Shown in pieces: positions 50,510-59,411 of a stretch of 64,000 nt of DNA. Every line of letters begins with the position of its first letter. Positions within the stretch are counted from its first letter, which is position 1. The notes beneath the pieces are model-generated. The model had not been told where the DNA came from and ran no database searches. It saw only the letters and a program-made list of their open reading frames with translations. Where the stretch lies: the NCBI GenBank assembly GCA_022562795.1, contig JADFOP010000005.1, forward strand, positions 3,660-67,659, in the 5' to 3' direction. Source of the DNA: Nitrospinota bacterium (GTDB lineage Bacteria > JADFOP01). The position numbers and the translations under genes were made by a program.

Positions 50510-51910
50510 CTAGCGGTCCAGCTCCCCCCCGATCATGTTGATGGAGCCGAAGGTCGGGACGAGGTCCGCCAGCATGTCACCGATTAACATCTTGTCCAAT
50601 GCGGTCATCAGGGCGAAACACGGCCCTCGGCACCGAACCCGGTACGGTCGTCCTGAGCCGTCGCTCACAATGTAGAAGCCGAGCTCCCCGTTGGCCCCCT
50701 CAACGGCCTGGTAGGCCTCGCCCTTGGGGGGCTTGACGCCGTGGCCGAACATAACCAGCATGAAGTGGTTCATGAGGGACTCGATGTTTTCGTAGACCTC
50801 CTCCTTGGGCGGTAGAAATGCCCTGCGGTCGTCGGCGGCCACAACGTCGTGGTATATCCTCTCGCTCCCTTCAAGGGTGGGATCGAGGTCGACCTTGACA
50901 TCGTAAAGGTCCTTGAAAGACTCCTTTTGCTTGGCCAACTCGAGCATATACTCCGTATCTATGGGTTCCCCCGTAAGGTCGGCGAAAATGGGGCCGGGTG
51001 GCATTTGTTCTAAGCATTGCTCGATGATGCGGCAGCTCTGCTCTATCTCCTCCATTCTGAGGAGGTATCGGTCGAAGTTGTCTCCGTTCGTCCCCAGCGG
51101 GACGATGAAGTCCATCCGGTCGTAGACGAGGTAGGGGTTGGCTTTGCGCACATCGTAGTTGACACCGGTAGAGCGAAGAAACGGGCCGGTAAAGGCGTGG
51201 GCGATGGCAACCTCATCAGAGATGACCCCAACATCGCGCATCCTATCGATGAAGATTCGGTTCCTGGTGAGCAGGCCGTGGCACTCATCGACAATTTTGC
51301 GGACCCTCTCTAAGGCCTCCCGGCAGCGGCCCTCAAAGCCTTCGGGCAGGTCGGCCTTCACCCCGCCCACCCGTCCGTAGCTGACGGTCAGGCGGGCCCC
51401 TGTGACCTCTTCGACCAGGTCGTAGAGAAACTCCCGCGCCTCGATGAGGTAGAGGAATACCGTAAAGGCCCCGAGTTCCATCGCCGATGCGCCAATACAG
51501 GTCACGTGATCGGTGATTCTCGATATCTCGGACATCAGGGTGCGGATGTACTGGCACCGCTCGGGGGTGGTGATCCCATACAGTTTCTCAACTGTCATGG
51601 CATAGCCGACGTTGTTGATTATGGGCGATACGTAGTTGAGCCGATCGGTGTACGGGATGGCTTGATTGTAGCCCCCTATCTCGCAGCTTTTCTCGAAGGC
51701 CCTGTGGAGGTAGCCGATTTCCACATCGGCGTCCAAGATCGTCTCGCCCTCCAGGTGGACGAGGATGCGAACGATCCCGTGCATGGCTGGATGAGCCGGC
51801 CCCATGTTCAAGAACATTTCCTGGAACCGAAGTCCGCCCTCATCGCCCTCCTCATCGACATGGGACGGGATGCCCTCTAGCTCTTCTGTTGTCTTGGGCT
51901 CTTCAGCCAT
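50510..51910 (-). CDS. nuoD: NADH-quinone oxidoreductase subunit D
   Basis: NMGPAHPAMHG, GYLHRAFEK, YTDRLNY, EGANGELG, GELDR C-terminus. Confidence 0.97.
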   Translation of the reverse strand: MAEEPKTTEELEGIPSHVDEEGDEGGLRFQEMFLNMGPAHPAMHGIVRILVHLEGETILDADVEIGYLHRAFEKSCEIGGYNQAIPYTDRLNYVSPIINNVGYAMTVEKLYGITTPERCQYIRTLMSEISRITDHVTCIGASAMELGAFTVFLYLIEAREFLYDLVEEVTGARLTVSYGRVGGVKADLPEGFEGRCREALERVRKIVDECHGLLTRNRIFIDRMRDVGVISDEVAIAHAFTGPFLRSTGVNYDVRKANPYLVYDRMDFIVPLGTNGDNFDRYLLRMEEIEQSCRIIEQCLEQMPPGPIFADLTGEPIDTEYMLELAKQKESFKDLYDVKVDLDPTLEGSERIYHDVVAADDRRAFLPPKEEVYENIESLMNHFMLVMFGHGVKPPKGEAYQAVEGANGELGFYIVSDGSGRPYRVRCRGPCFALMTALDKMLIGDMLADLVPTFGSINMIGGELDR

Positions 51911-51934
51911 CCTGCTCAATCCTCACCCGGCGCC

Positions 51935-52435
51935 TCAGTTCTTCGGCCCCACGAGGGGCTGGCGACGGGAGATAGCGTAGTCCTTCCTCAACGGGTAGCC
52001 CTCGAATTCCTCATACATGAGGATGCGGCGCAGGTCGGGGTGACCCTCAAAAACGACCCCAAACATATCCCACGCCTCCCGCTCCAGCCAGTCGGCGACC
52101 GGCCAAAGCTCCACGACGCTGGCGATTGTGGGGTCGTCCTCCGCCACCGGGCACTTAATTCGGACCCGGTGGTTGTGCTCGAGCGAGTAGAGATGGTAGA
52201 CGACCTCGAAGCGGGCCATGCCCTCCCGCCCGGGGTATTGGAGGTAGTCCACGCACGTTAGGTCCATTAGGAAGTTGTAGGCGAGCTTCGGCTCTTCCTT
52301 ACAGAACCGCAGGAGGTCTCGGTTGGCCTCTGGCTCAACTACAACGGTGTCGTCGCCGTGAGGGGTGTGGGCCTCAAGGATGACGGAACTAAATTGCTTT
52401 TGAAGTAATTGCAGCGTGATGCTGGGCTTGCTCAT
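51935..52435 (-). CDS. nuoC: NADH-quinone oxidoreductase subunit C
   Basis: DLTCVDY, RFEVVYHLYS, EREAWDMFG, GYPLRKDY. Confidence 0.96.
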   Translation of the reverse strand: MSKPSITLQLLQKQFSSVILEAHTPHGDDTVVVEPEANRDLLRFCKEEPKLAYNFLMDLTCVDYLQYPGREGMARFEVVYHLYSLEHNHRVRIKCPVAEDDPTIASVVELWPVADWLEREAWDMFGVVFEGHPDLRRILMYEEFEGYPLRKDYAISRRQPLVGPKN

Positions 52436-52443
52436 GGGCCTCG

Positions 52444-52938
52444 CTACGCCCTGACCTGCCCCGGCAAGAATTCCTGCTTCTCGCCCTGAATCTTATCCTG
52501 GAGCATCATTAGGCCGTGGAGAACCGTCTCTGGCCGCGGCGGGCAACCCGGGATGTAGAGGTCAACGGGGATGATCGTGTCGATGCCCTGCACGGTGGCG
52601 TAGTTGTCGTAGAATCCGCCGGAAACGGTGCACACTCCGAAGGCGACAACCCACTTGGGCTCACACATCTGCTCGTAGATTTTTACCAGGACAGGAGCGA
52701 TCTTGTGGCTGATGGTGCCAACTACGAAAAGCACATCCGCCTGGCGTGGGCTGAACCGCGGCAAGCCGGCCCCGAACCTGTCGATGTCGTAGTGGGAGCA
52801 TGCGGTCGACATATATTCCATCCCACAGCAGGCCGTCACAAAGGGGTACTGAAAGATGGAATACTTGCGAGCCCAGCCGAGCACCTTATCAAGTCGAGAC
52901 AGGAGAACGCCGCCCTCTAAAGCTTTTTCTAATCCCAT
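52444..52938 (-). CDS. nuoB: NADH-quinone oxidoreductase subunit B
   Basis: TACCGME, SPRQAD, FGVCT, YIPGCPPRPE; start moved to ATG 52938, overlapping the nuoA stop. Confidence 0.96.
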   Translation of the reverse strand: MGLEKALEGGVLLSRLDKVLGWARKYSIFQYPFVTACCGMEYMSTACSHYDIDRFGAGLPRFSPRQADVLFVVGTISHKIAPVLVKIYEQMCEPKWVVAFGVCTVSGGFYDNYATVQGIDTIIPVDLYIPGCPPRPETVLHGLMMLQDKIQGEKQEFLPGQVRA

Positions 52939-53282
52939 TCCAACGCTCCTCGTTTCCACACGTAGACCAGGGCCGCCCCCAGGATGAAGATGAAGAATGT
53001 CATCTCCACAAGGCCGAACACCCCAAGGTCGCGAAAGATTACCGCCCATGGGTACATGAACACCACCTCTACATCGAAGATGATGAAGAGCATGGCAACC
53101 AAGTAAAACTTGACGCTGAAACGCGGGCGTTGGGGACCTATGGGAGAGGAGCCGCACTCGAAGGGCTCCTCCTTAACGCGGGTGAGGCGCTTGGGCCCCA
53201 TGAACTCGCCCATGGCGAGCATCGCGCCGGCAAGACCCCCAGCGAGAAGAATCATAAGGAACAAAGGAAAGGCTTCAGCCAC
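52929..53282 (-). CDS. nuoA: NADH-quinone oxidoreductase subunit A
   Basis: PFECG, FYLVAMLFIIFDVE, GALEWD; start GTG 53282. Confidence 0.96.
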   Translation of the reverse strand: MAEAFPLFLMILLAGGLAGAMLAMGEFMGPKRLTRVKEEPFECGSSPIGPQRPRFSVKFYLVAMLFIIFDVEVVFMYPWAVIFRDLGVFGLVEMTFFIFILGAALVYVWKRGALEWD

Positions 53283-53582
53283 GTCACTCTCCACTGAGGA
53301 TGATAGCTTGCAGGGCGAACCTCGGACCCAACAGAGCGAGCCCAAACAACCCTCTTGTACCCGATTCCCAATCCAATGGCAAGACCTAACCAGCGTCTAC
53401 ATGTCACTCACGAACCTGGAGCAACGTCAGGGAAAAGGCTTCCCATTGATAAATATTTCACGTGCAAAATACTGATTATGCGCTCCAAGGATACCCCTTG
53501 ATAACCCTTCCTAAGTATGGGAAACCATAGGTCTTTTTTCAAGCCCTACCAAGTCGAGTGGCGATCGACCTCACGCCGAGAC

Positions 53583-54560
53583 CTAACTATCGGCTGGCTC
53601 GTGGTCGTCCACCAACCCTTCGGTCGCGGCCGGCAGCTCCGCCAGCAACGCCCGGGCCTGCTCGGCGTCTCTACGGATTTGGTCGGTAAGGACTTCGACA
53701 CTAGGAAACCGCAACTCATCTCGCAAGCGGACGAAGAAGGCTACCTCAAGAACCTCGTCGTATAGGGTGGCGGTGAAGTCAAAGAGGTGAACCTCTAAGC
53801 GCAATGGACGGTCCGGGAGGGTTGGGCTGGTGCCGATGTTGGCCACGCCGTCATGCCACTTCCCATGCCACCGGGCCCGGACTGCGTACACCCCGTAGGC
53901 GGGGACGAGCACCTCCTCAGACAGTTGAACGTTCGCTGTGGGGAAGCCCATGACCCGGCCTTCCTGATAGCCCCCAACCACCTTTCCCGTCAGGCTGTAC
54001 GGTCGTCCTAGGAGTTCGGCTGCCCGGCGTGGGTCTCCTGTCCGGAGCGCCTCCCTGATGGTCGAGGAGCTAACAGGCTCCCCGCCCCACTTCACGGGCC
54101 CCACCACGGTGACTGGAATACCGAGCTTCTCTGCTTCGGATTCGAGAAAAGCGATGGTGCCGGTTCGATCCTTACCGAACGCGAAGTCGTGCCCTACGAA
54201 GAGCTCCCTTGCGCCGACCCGCCGATGGAGCATCTCGGTGATAAAATCCTCGGGGGGAGTCAGCGAGAAGCTCAGAGTAAAAGGAATAATCAGGGCCACG
54301 TCGAGGCCCATCTGCCCCATAATCTCAAGTTTCTTGGGGAAGGCCGTCAGCAGGTCGGGCGAGACATCGGGCATTAGGACCTGTCGGGGAGAGGGGCGGA
54401 AGGTCACGGCCAAAGAAGTGCCCTCGACCTCGCGGGCCCGATCCACGACTCGGCGAAATATGAATTGATGGCCGCGGTGGACGCCGTCGAAGATTCCGAT
54501 GGTGACGACCGGATAGGGCAAGGCGGCGGGCAGCTGGTCCAGGGCTTCGTAAATTTCCAT
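53583..54560 (-). CDS. ribF: Bifunctional riboflavin kinase/FAD synthetase
   Basis: IGIFDGVHRGH, VSSSTIR, GFPTAN, LEVHLFDF, LRDELRF. Confidence 0.96.
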   Translation of the reverse strand: MEIYEALDQLPAALPYPVVTIGIFDGVHRGHQFIFRRVVDRAREVEGTSLAVTFRPSPRQVLMPDVSPDLLTAFPKKLEIMGQMGLDVALIIPFTLSFSLTPPEDFITEMLHRRVGARELFVGHDFAFGKDRTGTIAFLESEAEKLGIPVTVVGPVKWGGEPVSSSTIREALRTGDPRRAAELLGRPYSLTGKVVGGYQEGRVMGFPTANVQLSEEVLVPAYGVYAVRARWHGKWHDGVANIGTSPTLPDRPLRLEVHLFDFTATLYDEVLEVAFFVRLRDELRFPSVEVLTDQIRRDAEQARALLAELPAATEGLVDDHEPADS

Positions 54561-54577
54561 GGTAGCACCCGCGCGGA

Positions 54578-55150
54578 CTACTCTATGTACAGCTCCGGGT
54601 TCAGCACCCCGATGAAGGGGAGGTTCCGGAAGAGGTTTCGGTAATCGAGCCCGTAGCCGACGACGAACTTGTCAGGGATTTCGTAGCCTATGTAATCCGG
54701 CTTCAAATCTATGATGCGCCGGACCGGCTTGTCGAGAAAGGTACAAATTTTAATACTCTTAGGCTCGCGGAGCTCGAGGTTGCGGTAGAGGTAGTTCAGC
54801 GAAAGGCCCGTATCAATAAGACACTCGATGAGCAAGATGTGCTCACCCTCGATGGGGATGTCCAAATCCTTGGTTATACGCACCACCCCCGCGGGCGAGT
54901 GGGGCCCGTATTTGCTCTCGCCCATGAACTCCAGTTGAAGCGGAACGGTGATTCGGCGGATGAGGTCGGCGGCAAAAACCGTCGATCCCTTGAGCACCGA
55001 GACGGCCACAAGCGCCTCGCCAGCATAATCCCGGGAGACCTCCTCTCCCATACGCGCCACGGTCTGGGCAATCTCCTTCTCTCCAATCAGAACTTCGTTG
55101 ATGCGGTCGGCATAGGCCTCTGGGACTTCCGCGGGTGGAGGAAGGGTCAT
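54578..55150 (-). CDS. hpt: Hypoxanthine phosphoribosyltransferase-family protein
   Basis: VLKGS..FAADL, VRITKDLD, IECLIDTG, FVVGYGLDY...RNLP; start ATG 55150. Confidence 0.88.
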   Translation of the reverse strand: MTLPPPAEVPEAYADRINEVLIGEKEIAQTVARMGEEVSRDYAGEALVAVSVLKGSTVFAADLIRRITVPLQLEFMGESKYGPHSPAGVVRITKDLDIPIEGEHILLIECLIDTGLSLNYLYRNLELREPKSIKICTFLDKPVRRIIDLKPDYIGYEIPDKFVVGYGLDYRNLFRNLPFIGVLNPELYIE

Positions 55151-55190
55151 AATATGATCCTGGGACAATGGGCGGCAGAACGCGTCCCCA

Positions 55191-55218
55191 ATTATAATTG
55201 TCCCCCTTTTCTTGTCAA
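55191..55218 (-). promoter_or_regulatory. Candidate sigma70 promoter for hpt-ribF
   Basis: Perfect TTGACA and TATAAT hexamers with a 16-nt spacer. Confidence 0.65.
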
Positions 55219-55360
55219 TTGGAATCCCCCGCGGGAATCCAGGGTAGACGGCCCAGGGGCATTTCGCCCTTGGCCGGCAACTTTCCTCTAGACAACCCCC
55301 TGTAGCCCAAGTAGAATTGCTCCCGTCGGCATGACCTCTATTGATACAGAGGGTTACCCA

Positions 55361-56974
55361 ATGAAGCGACCGGCCGAGATGCCTCACCGTATGCCCCTGC
55401 TGGTGGGGGTGATGGGGATTCTACTGGCTGCTGGGCCGGGAGTTCGGACAGCCATGGCGCAGGCCAAGCAGGCCGCTCCATTCCAACCTTCGGCCGCCGG
55501 CCCCTCCAAGGAGCTTCCTCTTTCGATGAAGCGGGCCGTCTTGCTCGCCTTAAAAAACAACCTGCAAATCGCCATCCAGCGCTTCAACCCATCCATTCAG
55601 GCCACCGCCGTGGACGAGGCGCGGGCGGCCTTCGACCCTGTGGCTTCCACCTCCCTAAGCTTCAGCGACACCGTTACCCCATCCAGCGCCCGCACCATCA
55701 CTTTCGGCGGACCCACCCGGACCGAGGACGAGAATGTCGATTTCGAGGCCGAAATTAAACAGAAACTCGCCCTGGGCACTGATGTTGCCCTTGTCGTCTC
55801 CAACCTCCGGACGGCCAATACCTTCAACCGCTTTGAGTCCGAGTACGAGACAGACGTCACCCTGACCGTACGCCAGCCCATCCTCAAAAACTTCGGCCCC
55901 ACCGTCAACCGCAAAGAGATTATCATCGCTCAAAAAGACCTGTCTAAAAGCGAAATACAGTTCGAGGAGGATGTGAGCAGAATTGTCGCCGAGGTTCAGA
56001 GAACTTACTGGGACCTTGTCTTCGCAATTGAGGATCTCAAGGTCAAGAAGCGCTCCTTGCGGCTGGCACAGGACCTACTTGAGCGAAACAAGATTCAGGT
56101 GGAAGTTGGCACCATGGCCCCCATCGAGATTGTTCAGGCCGAGGCGGCCGTAGCCAAGAGGGACGAGGACGTAATAGTCGCACAAGACGCCGTCCAAGAC
56201 GCCGAGGACAAGCTCAAGAAGTTTCTTAATTTCTTTAATGACCCCGAAAAGCGCAACGCCTCTATTATCCCCATCGACCGCCCAACCTTCTCCCCCGAGC
56301 CGGTGGACCTGGAGAAGGCCATCGCCGACGCCATGGCCCATCGGCCCGATTACGCCAAGGCAAAGCTTGATATCGAAAAGGCCGAGCTCAATCTCCGCGC
56401 TGCGAGGAATCAGCTATTGCCCCAGCTCGATATCGTCGGCGAGGGCGGCTACAAAGCCAACAAGGGCAACCTGGGCAGCTCCGTGGATGACATATTCGAC
56501 GCCAGGAACCGCCACTGGTCGTTGGGAGTGGAGCTCTCCGTCCCGATGGGCAACCGGCAGGCCAAGGCGGACTACAGCCGGCGCACGCTCGAGCTCGGGC
56601 AGGCCCGATTGCGGTTAAAAAACCTCGAGCAGGCCATCCTCGTGCAAGTCCCCGACGTGGTCCGCCAGATCGAGCCCGATCGAGTCGGGGTACGCGAGGC
56701 GGTCCGCCAGATCGAAACCGACATCAAGCGGGTTCGGGCCACCCGGGCCGCCCGGGTGCTGGCCGAGCGGAAGCTCGACGCAGAGGAGAAAAAGCTGGCA
56801 GTTGGGATCTCGACCAACTTTCAGGTCCTGGAGTTTCAGGAAGACTTGGCGGTGGCCGAGAGCAACGAGACCAAAGCCATCATCGACTACAATAAGTCGC
56901 TCATCAATCTGGAGAGGGCGAAGGGCACAACCCTCGCGACCAATAATATCTCGTTGCAACGCCCCCCGAAGTAG
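55361..56974 (+). CDS. TolC-family outer membrane efflux protein
   Basis: Signal peptide, AVLLALKNN, AAFDP, VQRTYWDL, LLPQLD, WSLGVELSVP, DYNKSLINLERAKG. No adjacent pump genes. Confidence 0.9.
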   Translation: MKRPAEMPHRMPLLVGVMGILLAAGPGVRTAMAQAKQAAPFQPSAAGPSKELPLSMKRAVLLALKNNLQIAIQRFNPSIQATAVDEARAAFDPVASTSLSFSDTVTPSSARTITFGGPTRTEDENVDFEAEIKQKLALGTDVALVVSNLRTANTFNRFESEYETDVTLTVRQPILKNFGPTVNRKEIIIAQKDLSKSEIQFEEDVSRIVAEVQRTYWDLVFAIEDLKVKKRSLRLAQDLLERNKIQVEVGTMAPIEIVQAEAAVAKRDEDVIVAQDAVQDAEDKLKKFLNFFNDPEKRNASIIPIDRPTFSPEPVDLEKAIADAMAHRPDYAKAKLDIEKAELNLRAARNQLLPQLDIVGEGGYKANKGNLGSSVDDIFDARNRHWSLGVELSVPMGNRQAKADYSRRTLELGQARLRLKNLEQAILVQVPDVVRQIEPDRVGVREAVRQIETDIKRVRATRAARVLAERKLDAEEKKLAVGISTNFQVLEFQEDLAVAESNETKAIIDYNKSLINLERAKGTTLATNNISLQRPPK

Positions 56975-56983
56975 CGCTCCCCC

Positions 56984-57418
56984 ATGGAAACGCACCGCAT
57001 CCTCGCCCTGGACGTGGGACACAAACGCATCGGCGTGGCCTTGAGCGACCCTTTAAACATCATAGCCCAAGGGCTCACAACCTTGTTACGTAACGCCCCT
57101 GAAGAAGACCTGGAGGCCATACGCCAACTGGTCGAACAACACGAGGTCAAAGCAATAGTCGTCGGCCTTCCCGTCCGCCTCGACGGCTCCGTGGGGCCCG
57201 AGGCCTCCAAAATGCAAGGGTTTATCGACGGGCTGGCAGCGGTTGTCGAATGCCCCGTCCATCCGTGGGACGAGCGGTTCACCACCGTCCAAGCCGAGCG
57301 GGCCCTGTTGGAAGGCGGGGTCCGACGATCAAAGCGCAAGGGCCTTAGAGACCAGGTGGCCGCCACCCTACTGCTCCAGAACTACCTGGACGCCCACAAA
57401 GAAACCCCTTCGGAGTAA
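56984..57418 (+). CDS. ruvX: Holliday junction resolvase-like/pre-16S maturation nuclease RuvX (YqgF)
   Basis: LALDVGHKRIGVALSD, VVGLP, WDERFTT, DQVAATLLLQNYL. Confidence 0.96.
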   Translation: METHRILALDVGHKRIGVALSDPLNIIAQGLTTLLRNAPEEDLEAIRQLVEQHEVKAIVVGLPVRLDGSVGPEASKMQGFIDGLAAVVECPVHPWDERFTTVQAERALLEGGVRRSKRKGLRDQVAATLLLQNYLDAHKETPSE

Positions 57419-57424
57419 ACCGGT

Positions 57425-58462
57425 ATGGCCGACCGCCTCCGCGACCTCCTTAACCATCGTCGCCAGCGGGTGGCGATAGCAATCTCACTGGTAGTCGGGC
57501 TAGCCGCGGTCGGCGGATTCCTAAGCCTGCGCCACGCGATCTCAAGCCCCGCCAAACTACCGCCCGAAGACCGAACGCTCGTCATCCCAAACGGGGCCAG
57601 CCTGCCTACCATCGCCCGGCGCCTCGCCGACGCCGGGCTGGTTCGAAGCCCCTGGCGCTTTCGGCTCGCCGCACGCCTGTCGGGGGCCGCCACAAAGCTC
57701 CAAGCCGGCGAATACCGGCTCTCGACAGGGATGAGCCCCCGAGAGCTTACGCGCCTCCTCGTCGAGGGGCGCACCGTGGAGGTCAGCGTCACCATACCCG
57801 AGGGCCTGACCGTCCGGGAGGTGGCCAAGGCTATCGAGGCAGCTGGGCTGGCCGAAGTCACTGCGGTGGAGCGCCTGGCCACCGATCGGTCGTTCGTCTC
57901 CTCCCTGGGCATCGAGGCCCCAAGCCTCGAAGGCTATCTACATCCGGAAACCTACCGATTTCGCAAAGGCGCGGGAGCCCGCCCCGTCATCGCCGCCATG
58001 GTCGCGGCCACCATGTCCATCTTCGACGATGAAGCTGTTGCGCTGGCCTCTACCATGGGCCTCACCCCGCATGAAGTCCTTACCCTCGCCTCCATCGTGG
58101 AGAAAGAAACAGGAATGGCCGAGGAGCGGCCCCGCATCGCCGCCGTCTTCCTGAACCGTCTGGGGCGCTCTATTCTACTCCAGGCCGACCCGACCGTTAT
58201 CTACGCCCTGGGCGATGGCTTCGACGGCAACCTCACGCGCGACCACCTCAACCTGGACTCACCCTACAACACCTATCGTTACTCGGGCCTGCCGCCTACA
58301 CCAATCGCAAACCCGGGTCGTGCCTCCATCGAAGCCGTCCTCCGGCCGGCCGACGTCGAGGATCTCTACTTTGTCGCCAAGCCAAACGGGAGCCACCATT
58401 TCTCCGCCACCCTGCGGGAACACGAACGGGCCGTCCGCCGTTACCAGAGGGGGAGACGCTGA
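57425..58462 (+). CDS. mltG: Endolytic transglycosylase MltG
   Basis: N-terminal TM, LQAGEY, IPEG, LEGYLHPETY, LASIVEKE, LQADPTVIY, SPYNTY. Confidence 0.96.
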   Translation: MADRLRDLLNHRRQRVAIAISLVVGLAAVGGFLSLRHAISSPAKLPPEDRTLVIPNGASLPTIARRLADAGLVRSPWRFRLAARLSGAATKLQAGEYRLSTGMSPRELTRLLVEGRTVEVSVTIPEGLTVREVAKAIEAAGLAEVTAVERLATDRSFVSSLGIEAPSLEGYLHPETYRFRKGAGARPVIAAMVAATMSIFDDEAVALASTMGLTPHEVLTLASIVEKETGMAEERPRIAAVFLNRLGRSILLQADPTVIYALGDGFDGNLTRDHLNLDSPYNTYRYSGLPPTPIANPGRASIEAVLRPADVEDLYFVAKPNGSHHFSATLREHERAVRRYQRGRR

Positions 58463-58561
58463 GGCCCCCTCCACTCGCAGCAAGGTTTGTCATAAGGAGG
58501 CCCGCGTGGTACCATCATTAGGGAGCGGGCAATACCCCTGGAGCCCTATGGAGCAACACAG

Positions 58562-59260
58562 ATGTTCTATCGTTTCCGCCGTATTTTCGTCACCGGGCTG
58601 CTGGCCTCCCTCCCCCTAGTAGTTACCTTCTTTCTGCTCTCCTGGCTGTTCACCAAGCTCGACGGCCTCTCGCCCTTGCTGACCCGCGGCCTCATCGCCC
58701 TGGGTCTCCCCCTGACGCCCGGGTTCCGGATTCCCGGCCTCGGTCTAATCTTCACAATTGCCCTCGTTTTCATCGTCGGGGCCGTCATCACAACCTTTGT
58801 GGGTCGCCGCATCGTAGAGATGGGCGAACGGATCGTGGAAAAAATCCCCCTTGTGCGGACGATCTACGGCGGGGCCAAACAGGTGGTCGATGCAGTGGCC
58901 TCGCAGCGGGGCGCGGCCTTCAACAAAGTCGTGATGCTGGAATATCCCCGGAAGGGTATCTACTCCATTGGATTCACCACATGCGATAGCGAGGGCGAAA
59001 TACAGGAATCCGACGAACGCCACCTGGTCAATGTCTTCATCCCCACTACGCCCAACCCCACCAGCGGCCTGCTGATCGTCATTCCCGAAGAAGACGCCGT
59101 CGTTCTATCCATGACCGTGGAGGAAGGTGTCAAATTCGTCATGTCAGGCGGACTCCTATCGCCTGAGGACTACAAGTCCGCCAAGGCTAAGGCTACCCCA
59201 CCCTTAGTACAAAACGCTCCAACATCCAAGCAGCCTTCCACGCCTTCCGAAGGAGCCTAA
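58562..59260 (+). CDS. DUF502-family membrane protein
   Basis: IPLVRTIY, LEYPRKG, VFIPTTPNPTSG, VKFVMSGG. Confidence 0.92.
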   Translation: MFYRFRRIFVTGLLASLPLVVTFFLLSWLFTKLDGLSPLLTRGLIALGLPLTPGFRIPGLGLIFTIALVFIVGAVITTFVGRRIVEMGERIVEKIPLVRTIYGGAKQVVDAVASQRGAAFNKVVMLEYPRKGIYSIGFTTCDSEGEIQESDERHLVNVFIPTTPNPTSGLLIVIPEEDAVVLSMTVEEGVKFVMSGGLLSPEDYKSAKAKATPPLVQNAPTSKQPSTPSEGA

Positions 59261-59411
59261 CACCCTTTTTCCTCAAACCCATAGACCTATTAGGCCCGCA
59301 CACCCCTACCTCTATAATCCTTGACACTAGAAGGTTTGTGTGATAGGCAAAAGATCAGACGTGGGAGCGACTTCGGCGCACCTAGCAACGGGGTTTTACC
59401 AGGAGGCCGGT

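Noticed and set aside
48897-50513. 538-aa plus-strand ORF antisense to nuoG, and similar long antisense ORFs over hemB, leuA, ilvC, aroC, ftsH and meaB
   Set aside because: Shadow frames expected from high GC3 codon bias; no recognisable motifs, and each overlaps a well-supported gene on the other strand.
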